This document shows, one piece after another, positions 61,780 to 64,000 of a stretch of DNA of 64,000 nt. The notes beneath the pieces were generated by a model that saw nothing but the letters and a program-made list of their open reading frames with translations, did not search any database and was not told the origin of the DNA. The position numbers and the translations under genes were made by a program. The stretch is from NCBI GenBank assembly GCA_038087875.1, contig CM075988.1, forward strand, positions 3,844,001-3,908,000, written 5' to 3'. This DNA comes from Malacoraja senta (taxonomy: Eukaryota). Each line of letters begins with the position of its first letter. The first letter of the stretch is position 1.

Positions 61780-62825
61780 ATATTGGCTGCGATAAATGTA
61801 GTAAAAGATGAAGCATCAAGGGTTTTATCATCTTTGATAATGGATAAATTAGCAGGTCAGGATGAAATGTACTCTAGGCTGTTAAAAGAAGCGAGGGTGG
61901 AAATTGTGGAGTCCCAGACTGTAATCTTTCACTCCTCCTTGCCCACAGCCATGGTGCCCGAGGACTGGGGAACGGAAAACATTTATTGTTGTTGCTGCCA
62001 TATTTATTGTTTGAAAAGGGAGGAAAGGAAGGACTTTATAATTCTGGCCCAGAGTTTAAATCCAGTCATGTGGAAATGATTGGACACCGTTCTAACGGAG
62101 AGGATACAACCTCATTCAGAAAGGCAGCAACTGATCACGTTTGTTAATGGAAGGTTAATAAAAACGTCCATTTATTATTGGAAAAAAATAATTTATTATT
62201 TTTTAATCAAATAATTTAGAATTAGAATAGTGTGTGAACTTAGAGTTATAGAGACAGAAAGTCATACAGGACCAAAACAGGCCATTTATCCCAATTAGCC
62301 CATGCTGGCCAAAATGCCCCTTCTACACTAATCCCATCTTCACGTCCATATCGCTCTATATCATATAATGTTCAAATATTTTTAAATTGATGTTATTGTA
62401 CCTGCCACAACTACCTCCTCTGGCATCTCACTCCATTTCCCGCCAACCTCTTAGTGAAAAAGTTGCCACAGTGTTATTAAATCTTTCCTTTCTCATCTTA
62501 AACCTCTGTCCTCTGGTTCTTCATTCCCCTAACCTGGGTAAAAAAAACTCTGCATTTCCTATCTATTCCCCTCACTATTTTTACACCTCTGTTAACTCAC
62601 CCCTCAGATTCCTGCTCACTGAAGAATAAAATCCTAGCCTGCGTTTCCTACCTCTTTCTACCGCTCAGGCCCTCGAGTCCAGGCAACATCCTCGTAAATC
62701 ATTACAGCACTTTTTCCAGCTTGATGACGTCCTTCCTACAGCAGGGTGACCAAAACTGAACACAATACTTCAAATGTGGCCTCACCATTGTGTCGTACTA
62801 CTGTAACGCAACATCCTAACTTCTA
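61780..62825. mobile_element. Two degraded CR1 fragments (+ ~61780-62140, - ~62245-62825)
   Basis: GQDEMYSRLLKE...IFHSSL...VPEDW on +, ORF2 3' end and UTR on -. Confidence 0.75.
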
Positions 62826-64000
62826 TAGACACAAAATGCTGGAGTAACTCGGCGGAACAGACAGCATCTCTGCAGAGAAGGAATGGGTGACATATCAGGT
62901 CAAGACCCTTCTTCAGAAGAAGGTCTGGGGAAGGGTCTCGACCCAAAATGCCACCCATTCCTTCTCTCCAGAGATGCTCCCTATCCTGCTGAGATTCTGC
63001 AGCATTTTGTGTGTATCTTCAGAGTGGATCCTGGCTCACTGTTTGCTTGGTCCATTCTATTTCGTAGTACACACATTCTTCGACTTACGTAACAGGTGAC
63101 TTACGTAAACTCAAACTTATGTAAATAATTCTGTACTCAGTCCCTGGTGCAATCAAGCCAGATTGTAATTTCCACAACACTGTACGATCACTCAAGTTTA
63201 CATTGGAAACAAGCCGGCAATGGCGGTGTTTCCTACCAGGTAGGCCTGCCCCACAAGAAGTGCCCCAACCCCAAGACATAACTGAAGCCAGCAATGGCAG
63301 CGGTCCTTACCCAGAAGGCCGTGCATCGCAGAAAGTGCCCTGGACGCAGACAGACCCCGCTGAGACAATTAATACTCTCAATGATGGACTCAAAGTGCTG
63401 GAGTAACTCAGAGGGCCAGGCAGCATCTCTTGGAGAAAATGGACAGGTGACGTTTTGGGTCAAGACCCTTCTTCTGACTCTGTGTGGGATGGGGATGGTC
63501 TTGGCCATGGGATAAATATGGTGATTATGACGCGTAAAACATGACTTGCGTGAGGGTTCACGGAGCATAACCCGTACCTAACTCTGGGAGTCCCTGTATA
63601 TCTAGTCCATGTGATTGATAAGGAGAAATGAGCCTTGAAACTGCAAGGACACTTAGATGGTCTGGTCAGTTGATACAACCTACAGAACCTCCAATGCACA
63701 ATGATCGCAGTCTGGAAGCAACCTGCTTGGTGCATTGACTTCACACAGTTAGTGCCTGTTCTAAACAGTATATTGTTCCAAAATATGTGGCTGAAATTCT
63801 AGTTGTGTTTAGTTTAGTGTAGTTTAGTTTAGTTTATTGTCACGTGTACCGAGGTACAATGAGAAGCTTTTTTGGTCGCGTGCTAACCTGTCAGCGGACA
63901 GACAATACATGATTAAAAACAAGCCAGCCACAGTGTACAGATACAGGATAAAAGGAATAATGTTTAGTGCAAAATAATGTCCAGTAAGGTCTGATTAAAA

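Overview
Repeat-rich vertebrate genomic DNA, most likely from a cartilaginous fish (skate/ray-like), judged from dense HE1/V-SINE-type SINEs and their CR1 partner. The only host coding sequence I can support is two 150-bp minus-strand exons (19366-19515 and 17013-17162) encoding the first Ig domain of a KIRREL/NEPH protein. The rest appears to be intronic or flanking DNA of that gene. Mobile elements include a decayed full-length DIRS retrotransposon with intact ends and ICR (1285-6403), many Penelope pseudo-LTRs carrying minimal hammerhead motifs (mostly as inverted pairs with 13-14 bp TSDs), nine PIF/Harbinger MITEs, and Tc1, L1, Rex-Babar, CR1 and Vingi/Ingi-like fragments. The most notable observation is a ~135-bp retroposon present twice (16586-16724, 39406-39537). 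Its first 54 nt fold into a minimal CPEB3/HDV-like ribozyme, and in both copies the element starts exactly at the predicted cleavage site, immediately after the TSD. Family names and reference motifs are from recall, and no searches or folding programs were run. Most repeat boundaries are approximate unless a TSD or TIR is quoted.
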